Below are positions 8,953 to 17,856 of a stretch of DNA of 46,566 nucleotides, in pieces. Source of the stretch: a virus; IMG/VR virus record IMGVR_UViG_3300011445_000031, positions 1 through 46,566 of that record; one strand, written 5' to 3'. The notes beneath the pieces are model-generated. The model saw only the letters and a program-made list of their open reading frames with translations, searched no databases and had not been told where the DNA came from. A program made the translations under genes and the position numbers. Each line of letters starts with the position of its first letter. The first letter of the stretch is position 1.

Positions 8953-8953
8953 G

Positions 8954-9256
8954 ATGGCTTTTAAGATTACAATTAAGGAAATAAAAACAATCACTAAGCA
9001 TAATAGTCGTGGTGAATGGAAAGTTATAAAAGAGCGATTAGTTACACAAAATGAGATAGAAAATAGTGGCTATCGGCAAGATAATAGTGACGCTATAAGA
9101 GAAGCGTTAAAAGCCGGTACGCTTATTATTAAAGAATATGGTTACGGCCCAGGATTTGATACAATTGAACAAGTTGAAGCTATGGTATATGAACAATGGG
9201 TAGATACACTTGTTATCGGACAAGTTATAACTGCCGTTAATGGACAAGGTACGTAA
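8954..9256 (+). CDS. Hypothetical protein (100 aa)
   Basis: ORF starts 1 nt after the upstream stop and is tightly packed in the + operon. Confidence 0.6.
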   Translation: MAFKITIKEIKTITKHNSRGEWKVIKERLVTQNEIENSGYRQDNSDAIREALKAGTLIIKEYGYGPGFDTIEQVEAMVYEQWVDTLVIGQVITAVNGQGT

Positions 9257-9538
9257 ATGCGCCTCGGTAAATTCATCGTAACAGCAGATACACTTAAGGA
9301 CTTAGATAAAGTTCAGGCTATAACAACGTTTGTTAGCGTAAATGTTATTATTCTTGAAAAGATTGTTGCAGCAAATCCTGACGGAAAACAATTTGCGGTA
9401 TTTATAGGAACTTGTGCATTATTTAATGAATGCCCAGATGATACAAGGAAGATCCCACTTTATGAAGTTACATTTGTCGATAATCTAGTTGGGACAATAG
9501 CTGATAAGCTTCGCTGTGAGGTAAAGGAAGTAGTATGA
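9257..9538 (+). CDS. Hypothetical protein (93 aa)
   Basis: Starts immediately after the upstream stop and shares an ATGA overlap with the next gene. Confidence 0.6.
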   Translation: MRLGKFIVTADTLKDLDKVQAITTFVSVNVIILEKIVAANPDGKQFAVFIGTCALFNECPDDTRKIPLYEVTFVDNLVGTIADKLRCEVKEVV

Positions 9539-10077
9539 ATTGGGTTATTAACCAGCTACTATGGTTTACAACTCATGAACATCATCTTGCAGATTATATG
9601 TATAGATATTGGATATTTTTTAAACGCAGAAAGGATAAGTGGCAGTTAAGACTTCATTATATTCTTAGAAGTGACCATGATAGACACTTACATAATCATC
9701 CTTGGTGGTATGTTAGCATTATATTAAGTGGTGGATATTGGGAAGTTACGGAAGCAAATAATGAATGGATAAAAAAGTATGTAACAGATTTAACTAATGA
9801 TAGATATGTATATGATCCAGAAAACATATTTCGTGATGGTAATACATGGTATAAAAAGAAATGGTATGGCCCTGGTTCTATCTTATTTAGGAAAGCGGCG
9901 CATGTGCATAGATTAAGAATACAACCGGAAAGGCGTGCATGGACTTTATTCTTGTGTGGAAAGAAAACGGCGGAATGGGGATTTATAACTGAGAAGGGAT
10001 TTATCCCATGGAAAGTCTATCTTGTTATGACAGGACAAACTGAGATGATAGAAGATGAGGAATTCAACAATGGCTAA
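9535..10077 (+). CDS. His-rich cupin-like protein (HxHNHPW...SGGYWE...HVHRL)
   Basis: The motif set DRHLHNHPWWYVSIILSGGYWE, AAHVHRLRI and EWGF resembles a phage 'HDHPW' family with a predicted cupin-type metal site. The function is unknown. Confidence 0.4.
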   Translation: MNWVINQLLWFTTHEHHLADYMYRYWIFFKRRKDKWQLRLHYILRSDHDRHLHNHPWWYVSIILSGGYWEVTEANNEWIKKYVTDLTNDRYVYDPENIFRDGNTWYKKKWYGPGSILFRKAAHVHRLRIQPERRAWTLFLCGKKTAEWGFITEKGFIPWKVYLVMTGQTEMIEDEEFNNG

Positions 10078-10456
10078 ACGAAAGAAAGATACAGGAATAA
10101 TTCCAGGTTTAGGAATAACTGAAGAACGTAGAGATCAATTAAAGAAAAGAGACTGGAGCGGGCCACTTAAACACGCGGCGACAAGTGAACAATACACCAC
10201 ACAAGATTGTATAAACAAGCTATTCAGTGGAATACGAATTAATAAAATGACTAACATGGTAGAAATATGGTGCTTTGGAGAAAAGCGCGTAGAAAGGAAT
10301 TATCAAAAGGTAGCTAATAATCCGGCGATTCTAGCAACAATGCACGAAGAAGCATTTGCTACGGTGGGAACAGTATTGGAGATTGAAGTAGATAAGAAAC
10401 GCGTGATACAAACAAATAGCGATGCACCACGGTTAGTGAAGGGAAAGAGGTATTGA
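10070..10456 (+). CDS. Hypothetical basic protein (~128 aa)
   Basis: ATG 10070 has GAGGA 8 nt upstream. The track start at 10055 is an in-frame alternative. Confidence 0.55.
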   Translation: MAKRKKDTGIIPGLGITEERRDQLKKRDWSGPLKHAATSEQYTTQDCINKLFSGIRINKMTNMVEIWCFGEKRVERNYQKVANNPAILATMHEEAFATVGTVLEIEVDKKRVIQTNSDAPRLVKGKRY

Positions 10457-10457
10457 A

Positions 10458-10724
10458 GTGACAACAAAAGTTAAATATGAAGATATTAAATTTGTAAATG
10501 AGGAAATACAGAAACTATTCAAAGGTGATTATAAAGATTTCAATGATTGGGAAAGGACGTTTCTAACGGATATGAATGGGTTAATCCAATTAGAAACGCC
10601 CCTTTCCGAAAAGCAAATATACCAGTTATATAAAGCTTATTTTAAACACATAGAAGGTGATGAAAGTGAGGCCGAAGATTGGGCACGAGAACACGGGCTA
10701 ATACATCTTTATAGGCCACGTTAA
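10458..10724 (+). CDS. Hypothetical protein (88 aa), last gene of the rightward arm
   Basis: GTG start with GGGAAAGAGG upstream. Its stop codon overlaps the stop codon of the convergent 1801-aa gene. Confidence 0.55.
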   Translation: MTTKVKYEDIKFVNEEIQKLFKGDYKDFNDWERTFLTDMNGLIQLETPLSEKQIYQLYKAYFKHIEGDESEAEDWAREHGLIHLYRPR

Positions 10725-13700
10725 AATGTATCCTTCAACATCCTACGCAGCGGAGAGTTAGGTTCTAACTTCCGTAATAAGTCGTAGGATGTTCCTTCTT
10801 CTGTTCTACTCATGATCTCATTCATTACAGCATTCCATCCTTTGTTACTTCCACCATGTTGCAGATAGTCTTGTGCTACAGCATCAACTAAGTCATCATC
10901 CATACCACCACCACGTATTGCTGTGCGTAGTTTATTTACTGCTTTCTGCCTATTATCATAATCCGCCGCGCCATAGTAACTATGAAGATTAAGCGCATTA
11001 CGTGTAACTTGTTCTTCCAGTGGTCTAACACTTAACATCCTAGAGACAATACCATTCAATGTCCAAACATCATCACTTGTTGCAACGGTCTGACCTTTCC
11101 TGGTTATGCTTTCACCTGCGACAATTTCAGCCGCACGAGCTATTGGCCTTGAGAGCGTTTGTAACGAAAGACCTTCCATCATACCTTGAAGTTTCCCCTC
11201 AAATCCAGGCTGTTCTACTACGCTTGTTAACATCTTACTCACCGCATTATACACCCCAACAGTGCTATTTACTATTGCAAGGTCGGCCATTTGAGATGGT
11301 ATGCGTGGAGCAATATCTCCGCGAGTGTATAGACTTGGCCCTAAGTTGGAAGGAAGTCCATAAAGAATAATCTCTGCCATAGGATCACCAACTGCTCTAT
11401 ATGTACCTGTAGTAAGATCGTAATTATCTTGGCTCATGTGTTCACCAATGAACTTAGATAACTGTTCATAACCTGGCCAAGATGCTGTACCGAAGATGCC
11501 AGCCTGCATAGCCATTGTGCTTGCGAGATTCTTAAACTGTCCTTTCTCTATATTCCTATATACACTTTGAGCATACGTGATCATGTAAGTCTGGAATAAG
11601 CCAAGAACAGAACCAAAGGTTCCTTGAAACATAGCAGGTCTTTGTGCTGCATGGTAGTTACCTATAACCTTATCAGCCATAGCTACTGCATAGATAGTAG
11701 CACCTCTGTCACTTATTCCTGGATAAGCGTGTTTAGCTGCAAGATACCCAGTAAGCATTGTCTGTGAACGTGTCCATTTCTCTACCCAATCACTTGGTGT
11801 TGATAGAACATTCATAACTCTACTGTTCTGCAATCCTTCCGCCAAGTCTAATAACTCATTTGCCGCGCCTTTCGTAGTTACAGGAACATGCAATTTTCCA
11901 TTAATATCACTGAACTGTCGAACAACCTGATCTATAAGACCTTCAGCTTCCCATTGTTTCTGCATCTCTATTCCCTTTGGATTAAACCTAAAGCGTGCAG
12001 CATCCATAGGAAGCCGTAAAGGAAGCGTAATCTTAGCGCCATTAGCAAGTGCTGTCTTAGGCAATCCTTCCATAAGCGCCGCGTTAGTGAGAATAGGAAG
12101 GCTTATCGCATTAACTAGTGGATGTGCTGCTTCTAAGAACCGAAGCATAAAGGTTCCCATTAATCCATTCGCAGCACTTACAACACGTTTACTGTTAATT
12201 GTAGGAGCACCAATAAGCGATGCTTGATACAATTGGAAAGAACCACTCCATGGGTCTTGTATTCCTTGTTTTGTTAAATCAGCTACAACAGCATCAAAAT
12301 GTTCTTTACTGCCGACAGTCTTTCTGAATATTCTTGTTGTAGCATCAAGTGCTTGACCTGAAGTAACAATAGACATATCTACAAATTCATTAACACTTTT
12401 CCATGTAGTAAATTGATTAAGGTTACTAATACCAAGCAGTGCGTTCTTGGTTGTTATAGCCGCATCTTCAGCTTTCTGTTTATTGAAGCCACGCAGCGGT
12501 TGATTAAGATAGAACTTTTGATTCATCTCACTAAAAGAATCAAGCTTCTGTGTTATATCATTTAGATACATTTCATTGTATTTACGCATACCGCTAAGAA
12601 TCTGATGTTGATAGCCAACCATTATGTCATCAATACGTCGAGCATCAGCAGAGACAATAGCAGTAGCACTTGCACCAGTATGTTTCAGTTGATTGTTCGC
12701 AATCTGCATATACGGTTCACCATCCATATATCCGTGGATAGTATTAAACCTTTCCTGTTGACCTTTTGTGACAATCTCCATTGTAGGATTCTTAACAACA
12801 ATCTCTGCCTTATATGCAGCTTCAAGACTAGCTAAATCCTCTGCTGTATTTGCATACAGAACAGAAGGCCGCTGTTTACCTGTGTTATCAATAACATAAC
12901 TGAAGAACTTATTTGTAAGGTTCGGCGGCGGAAGATAGATTCCTAGGTCATTCAATGGCCCTTGTCCACGTAGTTCTCTATTAAGGTTATGCAATCCTAG
13001 TATTTCAGACGAAGCATTAAACGTTCCAGTCAACGCATTAATCGCTTGCGGTGTTTTTACATAGTAAACACTTCCATCTTGGTTCTTCACAGGAACCTCA
13101 ACAACTTTTCCTTCTCTTACTTCACGCTGAACAACAAAACCAAATCCATTCTCCGGATCGATTCTCCAACCTTTCCATCCTTGTAAGCTAAGTAACTTAT
13201 TCTCAAGAACGTTAAATTCAATTAGTGCCGAATGATTAGCACCCAGGCCTTTAAAAGACTCACCTACAGGTTCTAATATTCGTTTAAGTTGTGCATCCTG
13301 AATATCAGAAACACGCTTACCGATATACGTAACAAGTGGCCCATCTTGTATATTACGTAGAGCATTATCTACTGACTGAAAGAATGGACTTCCTACAAGG
13401 ATATTGTTAACTTCACCAATATTCTGCTTAAGTTGATCCAGCCACATATGCATTTCTTTGGCGGCAGCAGGATCATTTAAAGGACTGTAAAAATCTGCAA
13501 GACTATTAGCAAGCTGATTCTTGTGCTTAGCTGTAACTATACCAACAAATTGCTGATGTGCCGATGACAAAAAGCGTTCGTCAAGAGATGCACTAAGCTT
13601 AACAGGATTAGTAGTAAATGGGTCACCTTGTAATGCTACAATACGATTCTTTTGATTAAGATACTCAGATTCTATCAACTTCGCATCAGTATAACGTCTC

Positions 13701-16126
13701 CAATTAGGAATCTCATCGAGATTACGTCCTGCGCCAACAAGTAAGACAGCTTCTTTCGTAGTATTAAGCCTTGCTGCAATTTCCTCAGGAGCAAAGGTTG
13801 TATCTTTGATAAGCTCACGGATTGCATTTTCCGTTTGTTGTGTATAATGTTGAACAAGTTCTACGCCATTAAGTTTATTCTGTGAACCTGCATTAGGAAT
13901 ATGCACAACTTTATTAGCACCTGTAAGTGTACCTTCAACACCTTCGATGTCTAAACCTGGTAAACGCTTATGATGTGGAGCAGCTACTAGGATTTCGTAT
14001 TCAGAACGGTTACCTTTACCAAATGCACCAATTATATTTTCAACCGGAATTTCAGCAAGTTCTGCTGTACCAAAATTATTAGATACAGATGCCCGTGTAG
14101 AAAATGACTCTACTGACGATGCACCTTTAACTTCTCCACGAACACCGCGATATAAGCGAATATTTCCATTAGCATCAGCTACACTTGCAAGTTCTTGTCT
14201 AAACTTAGCGCCCTTTTCCCAAAGTTCTTCTGCTACAGCGTGCATTGTAGCCCGTTGATTAGTTCCAACGACTTGTACAACATCTCTTTCGGCTGGCAAT
14301 GTTTTACGAAAGTAAGTATCAAATCCTCGTCTTAATCTTGCAATTCCTTCTTTCATACTTACACTACCACCATGTATCCAGTCACTAATAGCTTGACTTG
14401 CTTGTGGTGATACACCAACATCAATAAAAGCAACACGCTTACTTTCAATAATAGCTTCAATATCCTGTAAATGCGTAGCTTTAACACCAGCCGCGCCACT
14501 CTCAATAAAGCGTTTCGTCTGATTAAAACTCGGTAAGCTACTTGTAATATTAAACTGTATTGTCTCTCTTAACTCCGGAGAAACCTTACTAAGCCAACTT
14601 GTTGCTGCGTTAAGTCTAGCCAGGTTATCAGGCGCAATACCGATGTTAACAACATCTGATGCTTTAACTGCTTTACTCCATGCATTGAGTTCATCAAGAA
14701 AAACGGAGTCTTGAACAGCCGAAGGTTTACCACGAGCAGCAGTCTCAATAAAGTAGTCTGCGCCAGGATTCTGTAAGTTAACAGCTTTAGGCGCAGCAGG
14801 CTTATAACCTTTAAGGTCTACAGCTAATGCTGAAGCACCTGCAAGATTTCTGTCGTATAAGTCACCCGTAGATGGACGATAGAAAACAGTCTTAAGTTTT
14901 GTTTTTTCTTTTGTTAGTTTTGCAAGTTCTTCTTTTAAACTAACAACTTTATTCATCGCAGCAATTGGGTCTTTTCCACTATCTTGTTTTAATTTTTTAA
15001 CGAGATTTTCAAAGGCTGGTAAAGCGTTTTCAATTTGACTAATTCTATCAAGAAGTGCTTTCGTAGGTTTCTCCAACATATCAACTTCAAGTGTAAGTCT
15101 ATCACCTTTAGTCTTAGGAATAAAGCTCATCTTAGGAAGCTTAATCTTATCTACACCCATCATCTCTGGCATACCCAATAGTTGCTCAACAGCGCCCTTA
15201 AGCTCTATATAATCACTAGGAACATCTTTACTTTTCGGAGAAAGCCACGGAGCAGCTTCTATAATCCGCTCTTCACGCTTAGCCTTCATGATGGTCAATA
15301 GCTCATCACTAAGGTTCTTAGTAAGTGGATTAACTTCGCTCTTAATAACAGCTTCAAGATTCCTAATAGTCATATTATACGTCTGAACCTGAGCACCATT
15401 AGGTAATGCCTCATTCACATGGATATAGTTACTTCCAACAATAGCTTGTGCTTCAGTCCTAATATCTCCTAAGGCCGCTCTAGCAGCGGAACGTGCTTGT
15501 ATAACACCTAATCCACCACCAATACCAGCACCAACTGTAGCCCATAAAGCAAAGTTACTATACGGAGACTCCATATAATCTTCCATATATGGATGGGCAT
15601 TAAGCGCACCTACAGTAGCCATCTCAAATATTGCCGCATCAATTACGTTTTCACCAATCTTTGCAGCATATAGCTTCTTCATTGTATCTGAGTAGATCTT
15701 CGTATCATACTTAGCATTTTCCATTAATACACGAAGATCTGACTGCAATGCTTGTGCCTTTGTTCCTGCAAAAACGTCACTTACAGCAGCAGCAAGACTA
15801 TTGCTTTTACCTAAAGCGGTCATTCCATTTTTAGCAAAGCCAAGTAGTTTAATCGTTGCAGCTTGTGGAGCGACAATACCAGCTAAGAAACTAGCAGCTT
15901 CTACACCTTCTCTGTGTTCACCATAAAATGAAAGCGCATCAGCATCGGCTTTTTGTAGAATATCCTGTGTAGATAATTCAGGCCCACCAACAAGACCTAC
16001 AGTACTATTCCATACTGTCGAAAGAAAGTCTGCACCTGTAGATACAATTGCGTTCTTAGCTCCACCAATAATAGAAGCTGCAGCATTACCTGCGATGTCT
16101 TTATCTTCAATATAATCTAAAGGCAT
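10721..16126 (-). CDS. Giant internal virion / ejection protein (1801 aa) with an embedded ADP-ribosyltransferase domain
   Basis: It is the last and largest gene of the late operon. It has Gly-rich hydrophobic N-terminal segments (WATVGAGIGGGLGVIQA). The R-S-ExE signature lies at aa ~658-711. Confidence 0.6.
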   Translation of the reverse strand: MPLDYIEDKDIAGNAAASIIGGAKNAIVSTGADFLSTVWNSTVGLVGGPELSTQDILQKADADALSFYGEHREGVEAASFLAGIVAPQAATIKLLGFAKNGMTALGKSNSLAAAVSDVFAGTKAQALQSDLRVLMENAKYDTKIYSDTMKKLYAAKIGENVIDAAIFEMATVGALNAHPYMEDYMESPYSNFALWATVGAGIGGGLGVIQARSAARAALGDIRTEAQAIVGSNYIHVNEALPNGAQVQTYNMTIRNLEAVIKSEVNPLTKNLSDELLTIMKAKREERIIEAAPWLSPKSKDVPSDYIELKGAVEQLLGMPEMMGVDKIKLPKMSFIPKTKGDRLTLEVDMLEKPTKALLDRISQIENALPAFENLVKKLKQDSGKDPIAAMNKVVSLKEELAKLTKEKTKLKTVFYRPSTGDLYDRNLAGASALAVDLKGYKPAAPKAVNLQNPGADYFIETAARGKPSAVQDSVFLDELNAWSKAVKASDVVNIGIAPDNLARLNAATSWLSKVSPELRETIQFNITSSLPSFNQTKRFIESGAAGVKATHLQDIEAIIESKRVAFIDVGVSPQASQAISDWIHGGSVSMKEGIARLRRGFDTYFRKTLPAERDVVQVVGTNQRATMHAVAEELWEKGAKFRQELASVADANGNIRLYRGVRGEVKGASSVESFSTRASVSNNFGTAELAEIPVENIIGAFGKGNRSEYEILVAAPHHKRLPGLDIEGVEGTLTGANKVVHIPNAGSQNKLNGVELVQHYTQQTENAIRELIKDTTFAPEEIAARLNTTKEAVLLVGAGRNLDEIPNWRRYTDAKLIESEYLNQKNRIVALQGDPFTTNPVKLSASLDERFLSSAHQQFVGIVTAKHKNQLANSLADFYSPLNDPAAAKEMHMWLDQLKQNIGEVNNILVGSPFFQSVDNALRNIQDGPLVTYIGKRVSDIQDAQLKRILEPVGESFKGLGANHSALIEFNVLENKLLSLQGWKGWRIDPENGFGFVVQREVREGKVVEVPVKNQDGSVYYVKTPQAINALTGTFNASSEILGLHNLNRELRGQGPLNDLGIYLPPPNLTNKFFSYVIDNTGKQRPSVLYANTAEDLASLEAAYKAEIVVKNPTMEIVTKGQQERFNTIHGYMDGEPYMQIANNQLKHTGASATAIVSADARRIDDIMVGYQHQILSGMRKYNEMYLNDITQKLDSFSEMNQKFYLNQPLRGFNKQKAEDAAITTKNALLGISNLNQFTTWKSVNEFVDMSIVTSGQALDATTRIFRKTVGSKEHFDAVVADLTKQGIQDPWSGSFQLYQASLIGAPTINSKRVVSAANGLMGTFMLRFLEAAHPLVNAISLPILTNAALMEGLPKTALANGAKITLPLRLPMDAARFRFNPKGIEMQKQWEAEGLIDQVVRQFSDINGKLHVPVTTKGAANELLDLAEGLQNSRVMNVLSTPSDWVEKWTRSQTMLTGYLAAKHAYPGISDRGATIYAVAMADKVIGNYHAAQRPAMFQGTFGSVLGLFQTYMITYAQSVYRNIEKGQFKNLASTMAMQAGIFGTASWPGYEQLSKFIGEHMSQDNYDLTTGTYRAVGDPMAEIILYGLPSNLGPSLYTRGDIAPRIPSQMADLAIVNSTVGVYNAVSKMLTSVVEQPGFEGKLQGMMEGLSLQTLSRPIARAAEIVAGESITRKGQTVATSDDVWTLNGIVSRMLSVRPLEEQVTRNALNLHSYYGAADYDNRQKAVNKLRTAIRGGGMDDDLVDAVAQDYLQHGGSNKGWNAVMNEIMSRTEEGTSYDLLRKLEPNSPLRRMLKDTF
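10737..10793. other. Extended hairpin at the convergence point of the two arms (candidate bidirectional 3'-end structure)
   Basis: AACATCCTACG (10737-10747) pairs with CGTAGGATGTT (10783-10793). Inside it, CGGA pairs with TCCG and AGTTAG with CTAACT around a GTT loop. Confidence 0.4.
13967..14419 (-). other. ADP-ribosyltransferase (R-S-ExE, C2/C3/VIP2-like) domain inside the 1801-aa protein
   Basis: Translation reads ...NIRLYRGVRGEVKGASSVESFSTRASVSNNFGTAELAEIPVENIIGAFGKGNRSEYEILVAA. The triad is LYRG (Arg), SFST (Ser-Thr) and EYEIL (ExE). Confidence 0.6.
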
Positions 16127-17847
16127 TAGCCTCTCCTTGCACCAAGAACACCAGTAGGAATTTTATCAGGTTTATTAAGCTCATCTTGTGGTGATGCAGG
16201 TGTATTTGTCTTAAACAAATCTTGCACTCGAACTAAACCTTCACCAATAAGTGCATCAGGAATAACACTCAATGGCCCAACAAACCTACCAATACTCATT
16301 TGGTCACGAACATACGATGACATCGCACGATTTCTAACATCTGCTGCATAACTAGCTAGATAATTCTCAGCAGATGGAAGAATAGCAGAAGCCTTATCAT
16401 TTCCCATAGTAATTCCAAGGGATTGAACAAGTGCGCTAATCTTCTGTTGCGGAGACATTACAGAACCATCGGGATTCTTCATCTCAGCCTTGATAACAGC
16501 ATCTACACCATCACTCATTAAGACCTTACCATCTTTGTTATTAAGCTTTACACTATCAACAACAGCCTTAAGTTGTGGATCTTGGAATGTCCAAGCATCC
16601 ATACGTTGATAACGCTGTCGTGCTGTAGCTTCTATTTCAGAATTAAGTACTTCAAGAAGCATGTTAGTTTTAGTTTCTGTTTTAGATTTATCACCAAGAG
16701 CTTGGTTTGTTTTCCTAGTTCCTTCTTTCAGCCGTTCTTTTGATTGCGCGGAAAGAGCACTTAAACGAACACCACTAATTAAAGCTTCACGATTAGCTAC
16801 AAGTGGTTCTAATGCCGTAATATAATCAGGAAGTTTATCTTTTGGTCCAAGTCCTAAAGCTGCACGTTCTTGTCCTGCAAGTATCTTATACGCATATTCA
16901 CGCACTTGTATATCAGCATCTACAAGAAAACGCGGAAGTGTCTGCTTATTGGCATCAAGTACAGTAGCTAGTGCTTTATCTTTAACTAGACTACGATGAA
17001 CTTGAGGGACAATAGAAGTATCTGCCTTAGCAAGACCTAAAGCAAGCTGAGCATTTCTAAGTCTATCATCTGTCATAACACCAAAGCGCTCTTCATTTCT
17101 ATCAGCACGATCTTGTCGCTTGTCAATCTGTGCAAATTCTTTAGTTACAAGTGCACGATAGTCATTAATTCGCTGAAATTCAGGATCTTTCTTAAGTAAA
17201 TCTGCCTCAAGTTGATTCGCTGCTTGTAGCGCATTAGTATAAGCTTTCCTGGCATTTTCAGTTTGCATAGTAGTATCACCAGGACGAATCTTACCTGTTT
17301 GCACAGCAGCAGCATCAAGCGCAATATTCTTATCTAATGCCATCTGAGCATCATTAACACCTGAGCGTTGTGCAGACTGTGTCCTTATACGGTCTTGAAT
17401 AACCGTAGCTTGTTGTCCTAGATTCACAAATAGTAACTGTGCAGCATCTTCACGTTCAGTTACATCTTGAATAGAACGTAACTTCCTGAATTCATTTTCT
17501 ACGTTAAACTGTGGAGTACCAGATGTGAAAGCATTTGTAACTTTTGGAATATCAATATCATGGACTGGCGCGGCTTCTGTTGTTATAGACGTAGTCCCAT
17601 CTTTATTGATAACCTTAGTTCTACCGAATGACGCAATAACACGCTCACCAGGTTTCACAACATAATCAGGTGTTTGCGGAACTGTTCCAACTTCAATATT
17701 CGTGCTTTCAGTTCTAGCTTGTGCTAGTTTCCTTTCTTGCTCAGCTTGAGAACTAAGTATCTGTTCTTGCAAGACAGCGGCAAATTGCATACGAACATCA
17801 AGTTCGCTAGTGCTTTGTGCACCGTCATTAACAGGGGCTTCAGCCAT
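16126..17847 (-). CDS. Putative internal virion / ejection protein (573 aa, helix-rich)
   Basis: TAATG overlap with the 1801-aa gene. It is rich in Q/A/E/K helical segments. The call rests on position only. Confidence 0.4.
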   Translation of the reverse strand: MAEAPVNDGAQSTSELDVRMQFAAVLQEQILSSQAEQERKLAQARTESTNIEVGTVPQTPDYVVKPGERVIASFGRTKVINKDGTTSITTEAAPVHDIDIPKVTNAFTSGTPQFNVENEFRKLRSIQDVTEREDAAQLLFVNLGQQATVIQDRIRTQSAQRSGVNDAQMALDKNIALDAAAVQTGKIRPGDTTMQTENARKAYTNALQAANQLEADLLKKDPEFQRINDYRALVTKEFAQIDKRQDRADRNEERFGVMTDDRLRNAQLALGLAKADTSIVPQVHRSLVKDKALATVLDANKQTLPRFLVDADIQVREYAYKILAGQERAALGLGPKDKLPDYITALEPLVANREALISGVRLSALSAQSKERLKEGTRKTNQALGDKSKTETKTNMLLEVLNSEIEATARQRYQRMDAWTFQDPQLKAVVDSVKLNNKDGKVLMSDGVDAVIKAEMKNPDGSVMSPQQKISALVQSLGITMGNDKASAILPSAENYLASYAADVRNRAMSSYVRDQMSIGRFVGPLSVIPDALIGEGLVRVQDLFKTNTPASPQDELNKPDKIPTGVLGARRG

Positions 17848-17856
17848 TGTCTCTCC

